Of a stretch of 64,000 nt of DNA, positions 9,998 to 20,682 are shown in pieces. Position numbers and translations under genes: made by a program. The DNA lies in the NCBI GenBank assembly GCA_964582375.1, contig CAZORL010000002.1:42860-106859 (forward strand). The letters are read 5' to 3'. The notes beneath the pieces were generated by a model. It had not been told where the DNA came from. It did no database searches and saw nothing but the letters and a program-made list of their open reading frames with translations. This stretch comes from an uncultured Lachnospiraceae bacterium. Lineage in GTDB: Bacteria; Bacillota; Clostridia; Oscillospirales; CAG-272. Position 1 is the stretch's first letter; each line of letters opens with the position of its first letter.

Positions 9998-12900
9998 TTA
10001 CATATCGTCATCAAAGTCGATGTCATCATCATAATCGTCGGCGTCGCCATCGCTGTAGGAACTCGAATCATCGGACAGATCGGCGTCAAGCTCGTCGGCG
10101 TCATAGGTGTTATTGAACATGCTTTCGGTAGCGACCGACTCGCCAACCTCCTCTGCGGAGATGGTGTTTGCAAGCTCATCTTCCATACCAATGGAAGAAA
10201 GATCGATCTCATTGCCTTCCTTATCGAGTACGCGGACATCAAGGCAGAGCGACTGAAGCTCTTTGACAAGTACCTTGAAGGATGCGGGGACACCGGGCGT
10301 CGGGATGTTCTGACCCTTGACGATCGCCTCGTAAGTCTTAACACGTCCTGTGACATCATCCGATTTTACGGTCAATATTTCCTGAAGTGTATAAGCGGCA
10401 CCATACGCCTCGAGTGCCCATACCTCCATCTCTCCGAAACGCTGACCGCCAAACTGCGCTTTACCGCCGAGAGGCTGCTGTGTAACGAGAGAGTAAGGTC
10501 CGGTCGAACGAGCATGGATCTTATCGTCAACGAGGTGGTGGAGCTTCAGGTAGTACATTATACCGACGGTGACCGGATTATCAAAACGCTTACCGGTTCT
10601 GCCGTCATAGAGTACCGATTTACCGTCGCATATCTTAAGCTCGCGATCCTCGATCATGCGGGAGAGCTCTTCTTCGGACTTATCGCTGATATCAAATTCG
10701 CGATACTCTTCCTTACCTGTTTCGGGATTGATCTCCACAACATAATAGGTCTTGGAGGTGCTGAGTCTGTCGGCAGGAAGAACATCTCTGTAAAGTCCGG
10801 CTTTTCTCTGCCATTCCATGATATCTTCGTAAGTTGCTCCGTCGAACACGGGGGTCATTACCTTACAGCCGAGACGGCGTGCGGCAATTCCGAGATGCAC
10901 CTCAAGAACCTGACCGATGTTCATACGAGAAGGCACGCCCATCGGGTTAAGGACGATATCAAGCGGAGTTCCGTCGGGCAGGAAAGGCATATCCTCGGGA
11001 GGCAGGATGCGTGATACGACACCCTTGTTTCCGTGACGACCTGCCATCTTATCGCCGACAGAGATCTTACGCTTCTGTGCGACATATACGCGAACGACTT
11101 TATTTACGCCGGGAGCAAGGTCGGTATCTCCGTTTTCTCTCGAAAAGACCTTGACATCAACAACGATGCCCGACTCACCGTGCGGAAGTCTGAGTGAAGT
11201 ATCTCGGACCTCTCTTGCTTTTTCACCGAATATCGCACGAAGAAGTCTTTCCTCTGCGGTAAGCTCGGTCTCTCCTTTCGGGGTGACCTTACCGACAAGA
11301 ATATCACCTGCGCGAACCTCTGTTCCCTTGCGAACGATACCCTCGGCATCGAGATCCTTCTTAGCGTCGTCGCCTACATTGGGTATCTCGCGTGTGATCT
11401 CCTCCGGTCCGAGCTTTGTATCTCTTGCCTCATGCGAATATTCTTCGATATGGATCGACGTATACACGTCATCGCGAACGAGTCTTTCGTTAAGAAGGAC
11501 GGCATCCTCGTAGTTGTAGCCTTCCCATGTCATGAAGCCGATGAGCGGGTTCTTACCGAGCGAGATCTCGCCGTGATCGGTAGCGGGACCGTCTGCGATG
11601 ATATCGCCCTTATTTACAAGTTCACCCTCTTTGACTATCGGGCGCTGATTAATGCAGGTGCCCTGGTTGGAACGCTTGAATTTAAGAAGTGTATATGCGT
11701 CGTTCTTTCCGTCATCGGTCTTAATGATGATCTGATCGGCGGTAACCTTGGTTACAATACCCGATTCTCTTGCGACTACAACGACACCCGAATCGACAGC
11801 CGCCTTATGCTCGATACCGGTTGCAACGATAGGAGCATCATTGACCATAAGCGGTACTGCCTGCTTCTGCATGTTCGATCCCATGAGTGCACGCGCATTA
11901 TCGTCGTGGTCAAGGAAAGGAATGAATGACGTTGCGACAGAAACGACCATTCGAGGTGAAACGTCCATGAAATCGGCTTTCGATGCATCGACCTCAAGGA
12001 TCTCATTACGGTGACGGGATGCGACCTTACGATTTACGAAGCGGTTATTTTCGTCAAGAGGCTCATTTGCCTGTGCGACGACGAAATTATCCTCGACATC
12101 GGCGGTCATGTAAACGACCTCATTTGTGACCTGACCGGTCGTCTTATCGATCTTACGGAAAGGTGCTTCAATAAATCCGTAATCGTTTATGCGTGCATAG
12201 GATGCGAGATAGGAAATAAGTCCGATGTTAGGACCTTCGGGAGTCTCGATCGGGCACATACGTCCGTAATGGGTGTAGTGAACGTCTCGAACCTCAAAGG
12301 AGGCACGGTCACGGGACAGACCGCCCGGGCCGAGTGCCGACAGACGACGCTTATGAGTAAGCTCGGCAAGAGGGTTATTCTGATCCATGAACTGCGACAG
12401 AGGCGAAGATCCGAAGAAATCGCGGATCGCAGTCGTGATCGGGCGGATATTTATAAGGTTATCGGGTGTAAGCGATTCGCTGTCCTGAACGGTCATTCTC
12501 TCCTTGACGATCTTATCCATACGGGTGAAACCGATACGGAGCTGGTTCTGAAGGAGCTCGCCGACCGAGCGCAAACGACGGTTGCCGAGGTGGTCGATAT
12601 CATCGACACTTCCGCAATCGTGTGAGAGGCAAACAAGATAGTTGACCGATGCGTAAATATCCGATTTGGTTATATGCTTAGGAACGAGTTCATCGATCTT
12701 CGCACGGCATTTTGCCAGAAGTGCGTCCTTATCATCGGTACCGATCTCCTCGATTATTTCGGAGAGAGTTGCGAAATCGACCTTTTCTCTCACGCCGATC
12801 TCGTGCAGATCGTATCCGAGAACAGCCTCGGGGTAAACAGAGCCGTTAGAAAACACTTTGAGTTCTTTGCCGTCCTCAAGAGCGACATAAGCCTCGTTTG

Positions 12901-13888
12901 CGCCCGCGCGATCCATTGCCTCGGCGATCTCGGGAGTAACGAGCGTTCCCTCGTCATAAAGGAACTCGCCGCTGAGACTGATGACCGGTCTTGTGAGCAC
13001 CTTGCCCTCAATTCTTCCGACAAGGCTGACCTTCTTATTGTATTTATATCTTCCGACAGGTGCAAGATCGTATCTCTTGGGATCAAAGAACATGCCGTTG
13101 ATAAGCGTCTGAGCCGACTCGACAAGCGGAGGCTCACCCGGGCGAAGCTTTCTGTAGATCTCCTTGAGTGCCTCATCCTCGGGGGTGGTTCCGTTCTGCT
13201 GTGCTTCGGCGTTCATGCCGTCCTTCTCGAGCGTTGCGGTGATCTTGACATCGTCACCGAAAAGCTCGGTGATCTGGGCATCGCTGCTGAGTCCGAGTGC
13301 GCGGAGCAGAATGGTCACGGGAATCTTACGGTTCTTATCGATACGGACACCGAAGACGTCATTGGCGTCGGTCTCGTATTCGAGCCATGCACCGCGATAA
13401 GGAATGACGGTTGCCGAATAAACGCGCTTGCCCGATTTATCGATCGTCGAATCATAGTACATTCCGGGCGATCTTACGATCTGGGAAACGATAACTCTTT
13501 CCGCGCCGTTGATAATGAAGGTACCGTTATCGGTCATGAGCGGGAAATTGCCGACATAGATATCCTTAACGATGACCTCCTCGGTGTTTTTGTTGTAGAG
13601 GCGAACCTTTACATGGAGAGGAGCTTCGAAATTGACATCTCTGTCCTTGCACTCCTCCTCGGGATATTTGGGCTTTTCATCAAGCGAATAGTCGAGAAAT
13701 TCAATAGAAACATTTCCCGAGTAGTCAACGATCGGGGAGACGTCTCTGAGAACCTCACGAAGACCCTCGTCAAGGAACCACTGATAGGATTTCTTCTGGA
13801 CCTCAAGAAGGTCGGGCATTTCGAGAATGTCATCGATCTGTTGGAAACTGACTCGCTCGGTTTTTCCGAGCTTCACCGTTTTAACCAT
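9998..13888 (-). CDS. rpoB: DNA-directed RNA polymerase subunit beta
   Basis: 1296 aa with typical RpoB blocks ([25 protein letters not shown]-like, [13 protein letters not shown]). Confidence 0.98.
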   Translation of the reverse strand: MVKTVKLGKTERVSFQQIDDILEMPDLLEVQKKSYQWFLDEGLREVLRDVSPIVDYSGNVSIEFLDYSLDEKPKYPEEECKDRDVNFEAPLHVKVRLYNKNTEEVIVKDIYVGNFPLMTDNGTFIINGAERVIVSQIVRSPGMYYDSTIDKSGKRVYSATVIPYRGAWLEYETDANDVFGVRIDKNRKIPVTILLRALGLSSDAQITELFGDDVKITATLEKDGMNAEAQQNGTTPEDEALKEIYRKLRPGEPPLVESAQTLINGMFFDPKRYDLAPVGRYKYNKKVSLVGRIEGKVLTRPVISLSGEFLYDEGTLVTPEIAEAMDRAGANEAYVALEDGKELKVFSNGSVYPEAVLGYDLHEIGVREKVDFATLSEIIEEIGTDDKDALLAKCRAKIDELVPKHITKSDIYASVNYLVCLSHDCGSVDDIDHLGNRRLRSVGELLQNQLRIGFTRMDKIVKERMTVQDSESLTPDNLINIRPITTAIRDFFGSSPLSQFMDQNNPLAELTHKRRLSALGPGGLSRDRASFEVRDVHYTHYGRMCPIETPEGPNIGLISYLASYARINDYGFIEAPFRKIDKTTGQVTNEVVYMTADVEDNFVVAQANEPLDENNRFVNRKVASRHRNEILEVDASKADFMDVSPRMVVSVATSFIPFLDHDDNARALMGSNMQKQAVPLMVNDAPIVATGIEHKAAVDSGVVVVARESGIVTKVTADQIIIKTDDGKNDAYTLLKFKRSNQGTCINQRPIVKEGELVNKGDIIADGPATDHGEISLGKNPLIGFMTWEGYNYEDAVLLNERLVRDDVYTSIHIEEYSHEARDTKLGPEEITREIPNVGDDAKKDLDAEGIVRKGTEVRAGDILVGKVTPKGETELTAEERLLRAIFGEKAREVRDTSLRLPHGESGIVVDVKVFSRENGDTDLAPGVNKVVRVYVAQKRKISVGDKMAGRHGNKGVVSRILPPEDMPFLPDGTPLDIVLNPMGVPSRMNIGQVLEVHLGIAARRLGCKVMTPVFDGATYEDIMEWQRKAGLYRDVLPADRLSTSKTYYVVEINPETGKEEYREFDISDKSEEELSRMIEDRELKICDGKSVLYDGRTGKRFDNPVTVGIMYYLKLHHLVDDKIHARSTGPYSLVTQQPLGGKAQFGGQRFGEMEVWALEAYGAAYTLQEILTVKSDDVTGRVKTYEAIVKGQNIPTPGVPASFKVLVKELQSLCLDVRVLDKEGNEIDLSSIGMEDELANTISAEEVGESVATESMFNNTYDADELDADLSDDSSSYSDGDADDYDDDIDFDDDM

Positions 13889-14186
13889 AAACAGTCCTCC
13901 GTTTAATGTTTTTTGTTACAATTCAAATTCAAAACAAATGATCATACCCGATTTGAAGAGTTCCGCAATAAGGCGCATCCGTCCCCACCCCTGCGGCATT
14001 CTGGTTAAAGCCGAATCTTAAGCGGAGATTTTTGCGCATCACGCGAAGATCAACCAAATCACGGTATGATCAAATATGCTAAATGTGATTTTTTTGAGGC
14101 AAATTCGGTATGTTTTATGTCATTTTTAACACAAAGTTCTCACTTTTCGGTTTTTATGGCACAACAACCGATTTTATTGTCTTTAT

Positions 14187-14215
14187 ATTGTATCACAGAA
14201 TTTTATTTTTGTCAA
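14187..14215 (-). promoter_or_regulatory. SigA-type promoter for rpoBC
   Basis: Minus strand reads TTGACAaaaataaaattctgtgaTACAAT with a 17-nt spacer, about 300 nt upstream of the rpoB ATG. Confidence 0.55.
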
Positions 14216-14268
14216 TAGCTTTAGAAAAAATTTTTATAAAAAAATTTTATTTTTTTTCGAAAAAGGTA

Positions 14269-14297
14269 TTGCTTTTTTTGAAAAAGTGTGGTAAAAT
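14269..14297 (+). promoter_or_regulatory. SigA-type promoter for rpsT
   Basis: TTGCTT, a 17-nt spacer, then TGgTAAAAT (extended -10), 42 nt upstream of the rpsT start. Confidence 0.55.
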
Positions 14298-14338
14298 ACG
14301 AGGGTATGAAAAGCATTCCACACGAGGAGGTGTACAAA

Positions 14339-14605
14339 TTGCCGAATATCAAATCAGCTAAGAAGCGCGTAAGGGTTTCCGAGGAAAAGGCACTTCGCAA
14401 CCGCATGTTCAAGTCCGCTTACAAGACTACCGTTAAGAAGTATCAGGCTGCCGTCGCCGCAGGTGACAAAGAGGCTGCCGCAACCCTTTACAAGGACGCT
14501 GTAAAAAAGGTGGATCAGGCTGCTGCAAAGGGAATCATCCACAAGAACGCAGCTGCAAGAAAGAAGAGCCGCTTTACCCTTATGCTCAACAACATCGGTG
14601 CGTAA
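14339..14605 (+). CDS. rpsT: 30S ribosomal protein S20
   Basis: A TTG start 8 nt after GAGGAGG gives MPNIKSAKKRVRV, the canonical S20 N-terminus. The longer ORF in the track begins upstream of the RBS. Confidence 0.93.
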   Translation: MPNIKSAKKRVRVSEEKALRNRMFKSAYKTTVKKYQAAVAAGDKEAAATLYKDAVKKVDQAAAKGIIHKNAAARKKSRFTLMLNNIGA

Positions 14606-14630
14606 GCTTTCGCCCCGATAGAAAATATTT

Positions 14631-14660
14631 AGGATCGCAAACGCGATCCTTTTATTTTTT
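14631..14660 (+). terminator. rpsT intrinsic terminator
   Basis: aggatcgc/gcgatcct stem followed by TTTATTTTTT. Confidence 0.75.
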
Positions 14661-14664
14661 GTAT

Positions 14665-15453
14665 TTATAACTTTGATCTGTCTATTCCGAAAATGCGGCA
14701 AGCATTTTCGACAGCTGTCTCGGCAAGAGCATCGGGGTCACAGTCTCGAAGTTCCGCAGCTTTTTTTATTGTATACTCGATATTCCCCGAGTGATTTATC
14801 TTGCCTCTCATGGGCACGGGTGAAAGATAGGGGCAATCGGTCTCGAACAGAACACGCTCATCGGGGATCGCTCTCAGCGTTTGTGCGACTTTTTCGGCAT
14901 TTTTATAAGTTACAACTCCCGAAAAGGAAATATAATATCCGCGTCTGACGAGCTGACCTGCCATTTCGGCACTCATGGAGCAGGAATGAATGATGCCCGT
15001 CACATTCTTATATTCGCAAAGAATATCAAAAACATCGCCGTGTGCTTCCCTGTCGTGTATCACGACGGGGTAATTTGTTTTTTCGGCAAGTTCAAGCTGT
15101 GCGCGAAGCCATGTCTTTTGCACATCGTGCGGCGGATTGCTCTCCCAATAATAATCAAGTCCGATCTCGCCTATCGCAACGCACTTTGGATGTTTAAGGA
15201 GGTTCTCAAGCATATCGATCGACTCGCCGATATCACTTTCTGTCGGGATATCGCTCGGATGGAAACCGACGGCGGCAAAAAAGTTCGGATATTTTTCCGA
15301 AAGAGCAAGCTGATTTTTCGAGGACGGAATATCGACACCCGCACCGACGATGGCGACAACATTTTCCGAAAACAGTCTCGAAAGAAGCTCGTCTTGCCCG
15401 AGTGCTTCAAATTTTTCATCATCATAATGCGAATGAGTATCAAATATTTTCAT
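14665..15453 (-). CDS. tatD: TatD-family metal-dependent hydrolase/DNase
   Basis: FDTHSHYD N-terminal motif, GEIGLDY, and 262 aa length. Confidence 0.9.
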   Translation of the reverse strand: MKIFDTHSHYDDEKFEALGQDELLSRLFSENVVAIVGAGVDIPSSKNQLALSEKYPNFFAAVGFHPSDIPTESDIGESIDMLENLLKHPKCVAIGEIGLDYYWESNPPHDVQKTWLRAQLELAEKTNYPVVIHDREAHGDVFDILCEYKNVTGIIHSCSMSAEMAGQLVRRGYYISFSGVVTYKNAEKVAQTLRAIPDERVLFETDCPYLSPVPMRGKINHSGNIEYTIKKAAELRDCDPDALAETAVENACRIFGIDRSKL

Positions 15454-15472
15454 TTGATCTTTCTCCGTTTCT

Positions 15473-16390
15473 TTATGCTTTTATTCTTGCAAGAACCTTT
15501 TCGAAATAATCGGGAAGATCGCTGTCAAAGAAAAGGTCCTTTCCCGTGACGGGATGGACAAAGCCTATCTTTCTTGCGTGCAGGCACTGACCGCAAACAG
15601 TGTCGGACATCATCTTTTCGATCTGCGTATGTCCGCCGCCGTACACTGTATCGCCAAAGAGCGGATGCCCGATCGAGGACATATGTACTCTTATCTGATG
15701 TGTTCTGCCTGTTTCGAGCACGAGTGACAGGTGCGTATATCCGCTGTATTCGGCAAGCGTTTTATAATGCGTCAGTGCGGATCTTCCGCCGACAACTACA
15801 GCCATCTTTTTTCGATCGGACGGATTTCTGCCGATCGGAGCGGAAATATCACCCGCATCTTCTCTCGGGCGACCGACACAGACAGCCTCATACTCTCTGT
15901 AAAAGCTGTGAACCGCTATCTGCTCGGCAAGACCGATATGGGCGCGATCGTTTTTGGCAACGATAAGAAGACCGCTTGTGTCCTTGTCTATGCGATGGAC
16001 TATCCCCGGGCGGATGATGCCGCCAATCCCCGAGAGGCTCTCTCCGCAGTGCCAAAGCAGAGCGTTGACAAGAGTTCCGTCGGGGTTGCCGGGGGCGGGA
16101 TGAACGACCATTCCCTTCGGTTTATTCACGACAAGAAGATCGGTATCTTCATAAATTATATCGATCGGGATATTCTCGGCAACCGCCTCACAGGATATTG
16201 GCTCCGGAAGTTCGAGTGTGACAAGATCTCCGAGCGATACCTTATAATTTTTTGAGACCGACCGTCCGTTAACGAGCAGACCGCCCGAGAGGATGATTTT
16301 TTGAACGGCGGAGCGAGTGATTTCGCACTGCTCCGCCGCAAAAAGGTCGATTCTTTTTCCCAGATCGTTTTGTTCGGGCGTAAAGATCAT
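15473..16390 (-). CDS. rluD: RluA/RluD-family 23S rRNA pseudouridine synthase
   Basis: N-terminal S4 domain, catalytic HRIDKDTSGLL motif, and HQIRVH. Confidence 0.92.
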   Translation of the reverse strand: MIFTPEQNDLGKRIDLFAAEQCEITRSAVQKIILSGGLLVNGRSVSKNYKVSLGDLVTLELPEPISCEAVAENIPIDIIYEDTDLLVVNKPKGMVVHPAPGNPDGTLVNALLWHCGESLSGIGGIIRPGIVHRIDKDTSGLLIVAKNDRAHIGLAEQIAVHSFYREYEAVCVGRPREDAGDISAPIGRNPSDRKKMAVVVGGRSALTHYKTLAEYSGYTHLSLVLETGRTHQIRVHMSSIGHPLFGDTVYGGGHTQIEKMMSDTVCGQCLHARKIGFVHPVTGKDLFFDSDLPDYFEKVLARIKA

Positions 16391-16402
16391 TATTTTTTCC
16401 TT

Positions 16403-16951
16403 TTAATTCTGCTCGACATCGGTCTTTTCCTTTGCCGTTTTTGATTCCTTAACTGTTTCAAGTATCACCGAAAGCACAAAAAATCCCGCACCGACGCAGA
16501 CGAAAATGTCGGCAACATTGAAGGTATATCTCCAAATATTCGGGAAGGCGCAGAAATCGATGAAGTCCACGACAACTCCGTTAAAAAGCTCGCCGTTAAA
16601 GGTGCGATCGATCATATTGCCGACACCGCCGCCCGCTATCATGGAAAAGGCAAGCGTATAGAGAATGCCCATCTCGCGCGAGGCAATGACCCACACACCG
16701 ATAGCAACAATGGCAATCGGAGCGGCTATCATAAAGAGCCATCTGCATTCGGAGAACATGCCCATTGCCGCACCGTCATTTGTGATATAGGTGAAGTTGA
16801 GGACACCGGGGATGAGCGGTATACTCTCCCCGATATCCATATTTTTTACAATCAGCATTTTCGACAGCTGATCAAGCAGTATCACCGCCACCAGCACGCC
16901 GAAAAAGACTATCGCCCTTAAAGTCCGAGAATTTTTGCGCATCTCTTGCAT
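16403..16951 (-). CDS. lspA: Lipoprotein signal peptidase II
   Basis: LspA motifs (NxGAAMG, FNVAD), four transmembrane segments, and a position after ileS as in Bacillus. Confidence 0.9.
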   Translation of the reverse strand: MQEMRKNSRTLRAIVFFGVLVAVILLDQLSKMLIVKNMDIGESIPLIPGVLNFTYITNDGAAMGMFSECRWLFMIAAPIAIVAIGVWVIASREMGILYTLAFSMIAGGGVGNMIDRTFNGELFNGVVVDFIDFCAFPNIWRYTFNVADIFVCVGAGFFVLSVILETVKESKTAKEKTDVEQN

Positions 16952-19707
16952 ACAAATCCATCCTCATCGGATACACCGTCCTCGGAATAGCTCCAACAAC
17001 GGTCGCACTTTCTGCCGTCGGCATTTTCAACGAGCACGGATATCTCGCTCTCTTCTTCGGAATACGCACCCTCTACCGGCGCATCGGTCTTAACGGAAAC
17101 AGCGGATACGATAAAGATATTTTTCAGATCGTCGCCAAAGCCGCACAGGTAATCGGCAGTATCGCCATCGGCAAAGACTGTCAGTTTTGCATCGAGCGAT
17201 TTACCGATCTTCTTATCGTTTCTCGCAAGCTCAAGTGCCTTCATGACTGTATCACGAAGCTCAAAGAGACGCTCAAATTTTTCCTCGATCTCGGGGAACG
17301 AAAGGTTGTCATCAGATGTCGGCATGCTGTTGAGCATAATATTTCGAGCATCGTCCGAGTCAAGATGAGGCATGGCCTTCCATATTTCATCGGCGGTAAA
17401 CGAAAGGATCGGAGCGATCGTTCTCGTCATCATCGACAGAACGATATACATCGCACTTTGAGCACTGCGTCTTGCGGGACTGTTTGCGTCCTCCACATAA
17501 ACGCGATCCTTTGTTATATCGATATAGAGCTTCGACAGATCGGTCGTACAGAAATTGTTGAGTGCCTGACAGATAACATGGAACTCGTATTTATCATAGC
17601 TTTCAAGTGCCGCCGTAACAAAACGGTTAGCTCTCGATATGATCCACTTGTCAATGTCGGTCATCTCGCCGATCGGCACAATATCGGTATTCGGGTCGAA
17701 ATCGCCGAGGTTGGCAAGGAGAATACGAGAGGTATTTCTGATCTTACGATAAGCCTCGGAGAGCTGTTTGAAGATGAGATCGGAGCAACGGACATCCATT
17801 CTGTAATCAGCCGAGGCGACCCAGAGTCTTACGATATCGGCACCGTATTTCTTTACCATGTCATCGGGATAAACGCTGTTGCCCTTTGACTTGTGCATTG
17901 CCTCGCCCTTGCCGTCAACGACCCAGCCGTGTGTAAGCACCTGTTTATAAGGTGCACCCTCGCCCTTTGAACCGACAGCACAAAGCAACGACGACTGGAA
18001 CCATCCGCGATACTGATCGGCGCCCTCAAGATAGAGGTCGGCAGGCCATTTGTGACCTTCTTTATTTTCTATAACGGCAAAATGCGACGAGCCCGAATCA
18101 AACCATCCGTCGAGGGTGTTGGCATCCTTCTTGAAGGATCTGCCGCCGCAATCGGGGCAAACAAATCCATCGGGAAGAAGCTCGCATGCGTCCTTTTCAA
18201 ACCAAACATTACTTCCGTTCTCGGCAAAAAGCTCGGAGAGGCGACCGATCGTCTCGTCATTACATATTGGCTTTCCGCAATCCTCACAATAGAAAACAGG
18301 GATGGGAAGACCCCAATGACGCTGACGGGAGATGCACCAATCGGCTCTGCCGCGTATCATCTGCACCATGCGCTCTCCGCCCCATGCAGGAAGCCAATCA
18401 ACGCTGTCGCACGCCTTTACGGCATCTTCCTTAAACGCATCGACCGAGCAGAACCACTGAGGAGTTGCTCTGAAGATGATCGGATTTTTACATCTCCAAC
18501 AGTGCGGATATTGGTGAGTGAACTTTTGGGAGGCGAAAAGTGCCCCGCTCTCCTTCATATCGGCAAGTATTACATCGTTCGATTTATCATAGCGAAGACC
18601 AGCATATTTACCTGCGTCCGCAGTCTGATATCCGCGATCGTCAACCGGCACTATAACATCAATGTTATAGCGGCGACAGGTAACATAGTCATCCGCACCG
18701 AATCCGCCTGCGGTGTGTACACAGCCCGTACCGCTATCCATAGTGACATAATCCGCATTTACTACGAGAGATTTTCTGTCAAGGAAAGGATGATCGGCGG
18801 TCATATACTCGAAATCCTTGCCGAGATAATGTGCGATCACCTCATAATCATCGATGCCGCCTTCCTTCATCGTTGCGTCAACGAGCGGATCGGCTACGAT
18901 ATAGTTCTCGTCCCCTGCCTTTACAATGCTATAGCTTTCCTCGGGATTGAGTGCGATAGCCAGGTTGCCGGGGAGCGTCCATGTTGTGGTAGTCCAAATG
19001 ATGAAATAGGTCTTATTAACATCGCAAACGTCCGAAAGCAGACCCTTATCATCCGAAACTTTGAATTTTACATAGATCGACGTACACTCGTCCTCGCTGT
19101 ACTCTATCTCAGCCTCGGCAAGTGCGGTTTCGTCAAAGGGACACCAATACACGGGCTTCATTCCTCGATAGATATAGCCCTTTTTGAACATCTCGCCGAA
19201 AACGCGGATCTCTCTTGCCTCAAACCAAGGAGCCATTGTTTTATACGGATGCTCCCAATCGCCGAGAATGCCGAGACGCTTAAACGAATCCATTTGAAGA
19301 TCGATATACTTCTGTGCAAACTTCTCGCACTCGCGTCTGAACTCGGGAACGGACATATTCTTACGATCAAGCTTATTTTGCTTTATGATCGCCGATTCGA
19401 TAGGCATACCGTGGTTATCCCATCCTGGAGTGTACGGCACCTTGTATCCGCGCATCATCTTTGAACGGTTGATAAAATCCTTCAAGATCTTGTTCATTGC
19501 CGTTCCCATATGGATATTACCGTTTGAGAAGGGAGGACCGTCGTGAAGCTCGAACATGGGCTTGTCTGCGTTCTTTTTATTGATGAGGTTATATAGATCT
19601 ATCTTTTTCCATCCGTCGAGCATCTCGGGCTCGCGAGACGGAAGATTTGCTCTCATCGGAAAATCTGTCTGCGGAAGATTAAGAGATGATGTATAGTCCT
19701 TTGACAT
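16918..19707 (-). CDS. ileS: Isoleucine--tRNA ligase
   Basis: 929 aa with HIGH-type PFSNGNIHMGTA, KMSKS-type MHKSKGN, and a C-terminal CxxC..CxxC zinc finger. Confidence 0.97.
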   Translation of the reverse strand: MSKDYTSSLNLPQTDFPMRANLPSREPEMLDGWKKIDLYNLINKKNADKPMFELHDGPPFSNGNIHMGTAMNKILKDFINRSKMMRGYKVPYTPGWDNHGMPIESAIIKQNKLDRKNMSVPEFRRECEKFAQKYIDLQMDSFKRLGILGDWEHPYKTMAPWFEAREIRVFGEMFKKGYIYRGMKPVYWCPFDETALAEAEIEYSEDECTSIYVKFKVSDDKGLLSDVCDVNKTYFIIWTTTTWTLPGNLAIALNPEESYSIVKAGDENYIVADPLVDATMKEGGIDDYEVIAHYLGKDFEYMTADHPFLDRKSLVVNADYVTMDSGTGCVHTAGGFGADDYVTCRRYNIDVIVPVDDRGYQTADAGKYAGLRYDKSNDVILADMKESGALFASQKFTHQYPHCWRCKNPIIFRATPQWFCSVDAFKEDAVKACDSVDWLPAWGGERMVQMIRGRADWCISRQRHWGLPIPVFYCEDCGKPICNDETIGRLSELFAENGSNVWFEKDACELLPDGFVCPDCGGRSFKKDANTLDGWFDSGSSHFAVIENKEGHKWPADLYLEGADQYRGWFQSSLLCAVGSKGEGAPYKQVLTHGWVVDGKGEAMHKSKGNSVYPDDMVKKYGADIVRLWVASADYRMDVRCSDLIFKQLSEAYRKIRNTSRILLANLGDFDPNTDIVPIGEMTDIDKWIISRANRFVTAALESYDKYEFHVICQALNNFCTTDLSKLYIDITKDRVYVEDANSPARRSAQSAMYIVLSMMTRTIAPILSFTADEIWKAMPHLDSDDARNIMLNSMPTSDDNLSFPEIEEKFERLFELRDTVMKALELARNDKKIGKSLDAKLTVFADGDTADYLCGFGDDLKNIFIVSAVSVKTDAPVEGAYSEEESEISVLVENADGRKCDRCWSYSEDGVSDEDGFVCKRCAKILGL

Positions 19708-19748
19708 GGTTTAATTGCTCCTTTATAATACTACTGTACTGTCTTTTA

Positions 19749-20624
19749 TTAATTCCGATCGTCACTGCCGAAAATGACATCCTCTGCCGAGGCTATATCA
19801 TCGGGCAAATTTGTAATTATCGGATACTCGTGAGTATCGCCCGAATTTGCGGTCGCATCGTTCTCGTCGGTCTCGTCGTTCTCGTCGATTTCTTCGGATT
19901 TGCCTGTATCGTCATCGGATATGTCCGAAACAGCCTCAAGTTCACCGAAATCGTCATCGCCAACGATATCAGGCTCATCATCGTCGGGTGCGGACTGCTC
20001 TTCGATCTGCGGCGATGGCGTCGCATCATCTGCATCTGCCGTCAGTTCGGGAAATGAAACGGTGAAGAGTTCGGTCTGATCGGCGATTAGCTTATTCGCC
20101 TTTATAACGATTCTGCCGACCGTTTCGCTTTTTATCTCCTCAAGCTCAGGCGAGAGCTTATCGTCATCGTCCGGAGCGATCGATTCGAGATACTCGATAT
20201 GCTGTTGGTACTGCTCAAAAACGCTGTTTTTGAAGTCGGCGACCTTGGTTCTGATCTCGTCGAGCAGATCGATCTCTGCTCTGATCTGCTCCTTGAAATC
20301 GGCAATGACGGCGTCACACTCATCCCTTGCGGCTTTAAGTATGATCTCGGACCGATCCTCTGCCGCCTTCATCATTTGCGCTCCGGTCGAGCGTGAGCTT
20401 TCAAGGGTCTGTCTGATCGAATCTTCGTTTTCTTTATAAGTCATAAGCTCGGCACGGGTTGCCGAGTACTTTTTTTCAAGCTCTTTATATGCTCGATAGA
20501 GTTCCTTATATTTATCAAGCAAAAAATCTATGTGTTCATCGACCTCGGCGGTATTATACCCCTTCATGACCTTTTTGAACACTTTCCCTTCAAGCTCGTA
20601 GGGCAAAAACATACCCGCGATCAT
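19749..20624 (-). CDS. divIVA: DivIVA-domain cell-division/polarity protein with a long acidic C-terminal tail
   Basis: N-terminal DivIVA motif (F.K.MKGYNTAEVDEHIDFL) and a coiled coil. The start codon is uncertain (Met1 or Met5). Confidence 0.88.
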   Translation of the reverse strand: MIAGMFLPYELEGKVFKKVMKGYNTAEVDEHIDFLLDKYKELYRAYKELEKKYSATRAELMTYKENEDSIRQTLESSRSTGAQMMKAAEDRSEIILKAARDECDAVIADFKEQIRAEIDLLDEIRTKVADFKNSVFEQYQQHIEYLESIAPDDDDKLSPELEEIKSETVGRIVIKANKLIADQTELFTVSFPELTADADDATPSPQIEEQSAPDDDEPDIVGDDDFGELEAVSDISDDDTGKSEEIDENDETDENDATANSGDTHEYPIITNLPDDIASAEDVIFGSDDRN

Positions 20625-20682
20625 TCCTTTCGAGAAAAATTGTACGTTAAAAAATTAAAATCTGTGGACAATGCGGAAAGAC

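Noticed and set aside
12674-13906. 410-aa ORF antisense to rpoB, plus others at 10514-11014, 11432-11929 and 12011-12625
   Set aside because: These are antisense shadows of a highly conserved gene. Their products have no recognisable motifs.
18052-19464. 470-aa ORF antisense to ileS
   Set aside because: It is a shadow ORF. The ileS reading frame carries HIGH and KMSKS motifs and is clearly the real gene.
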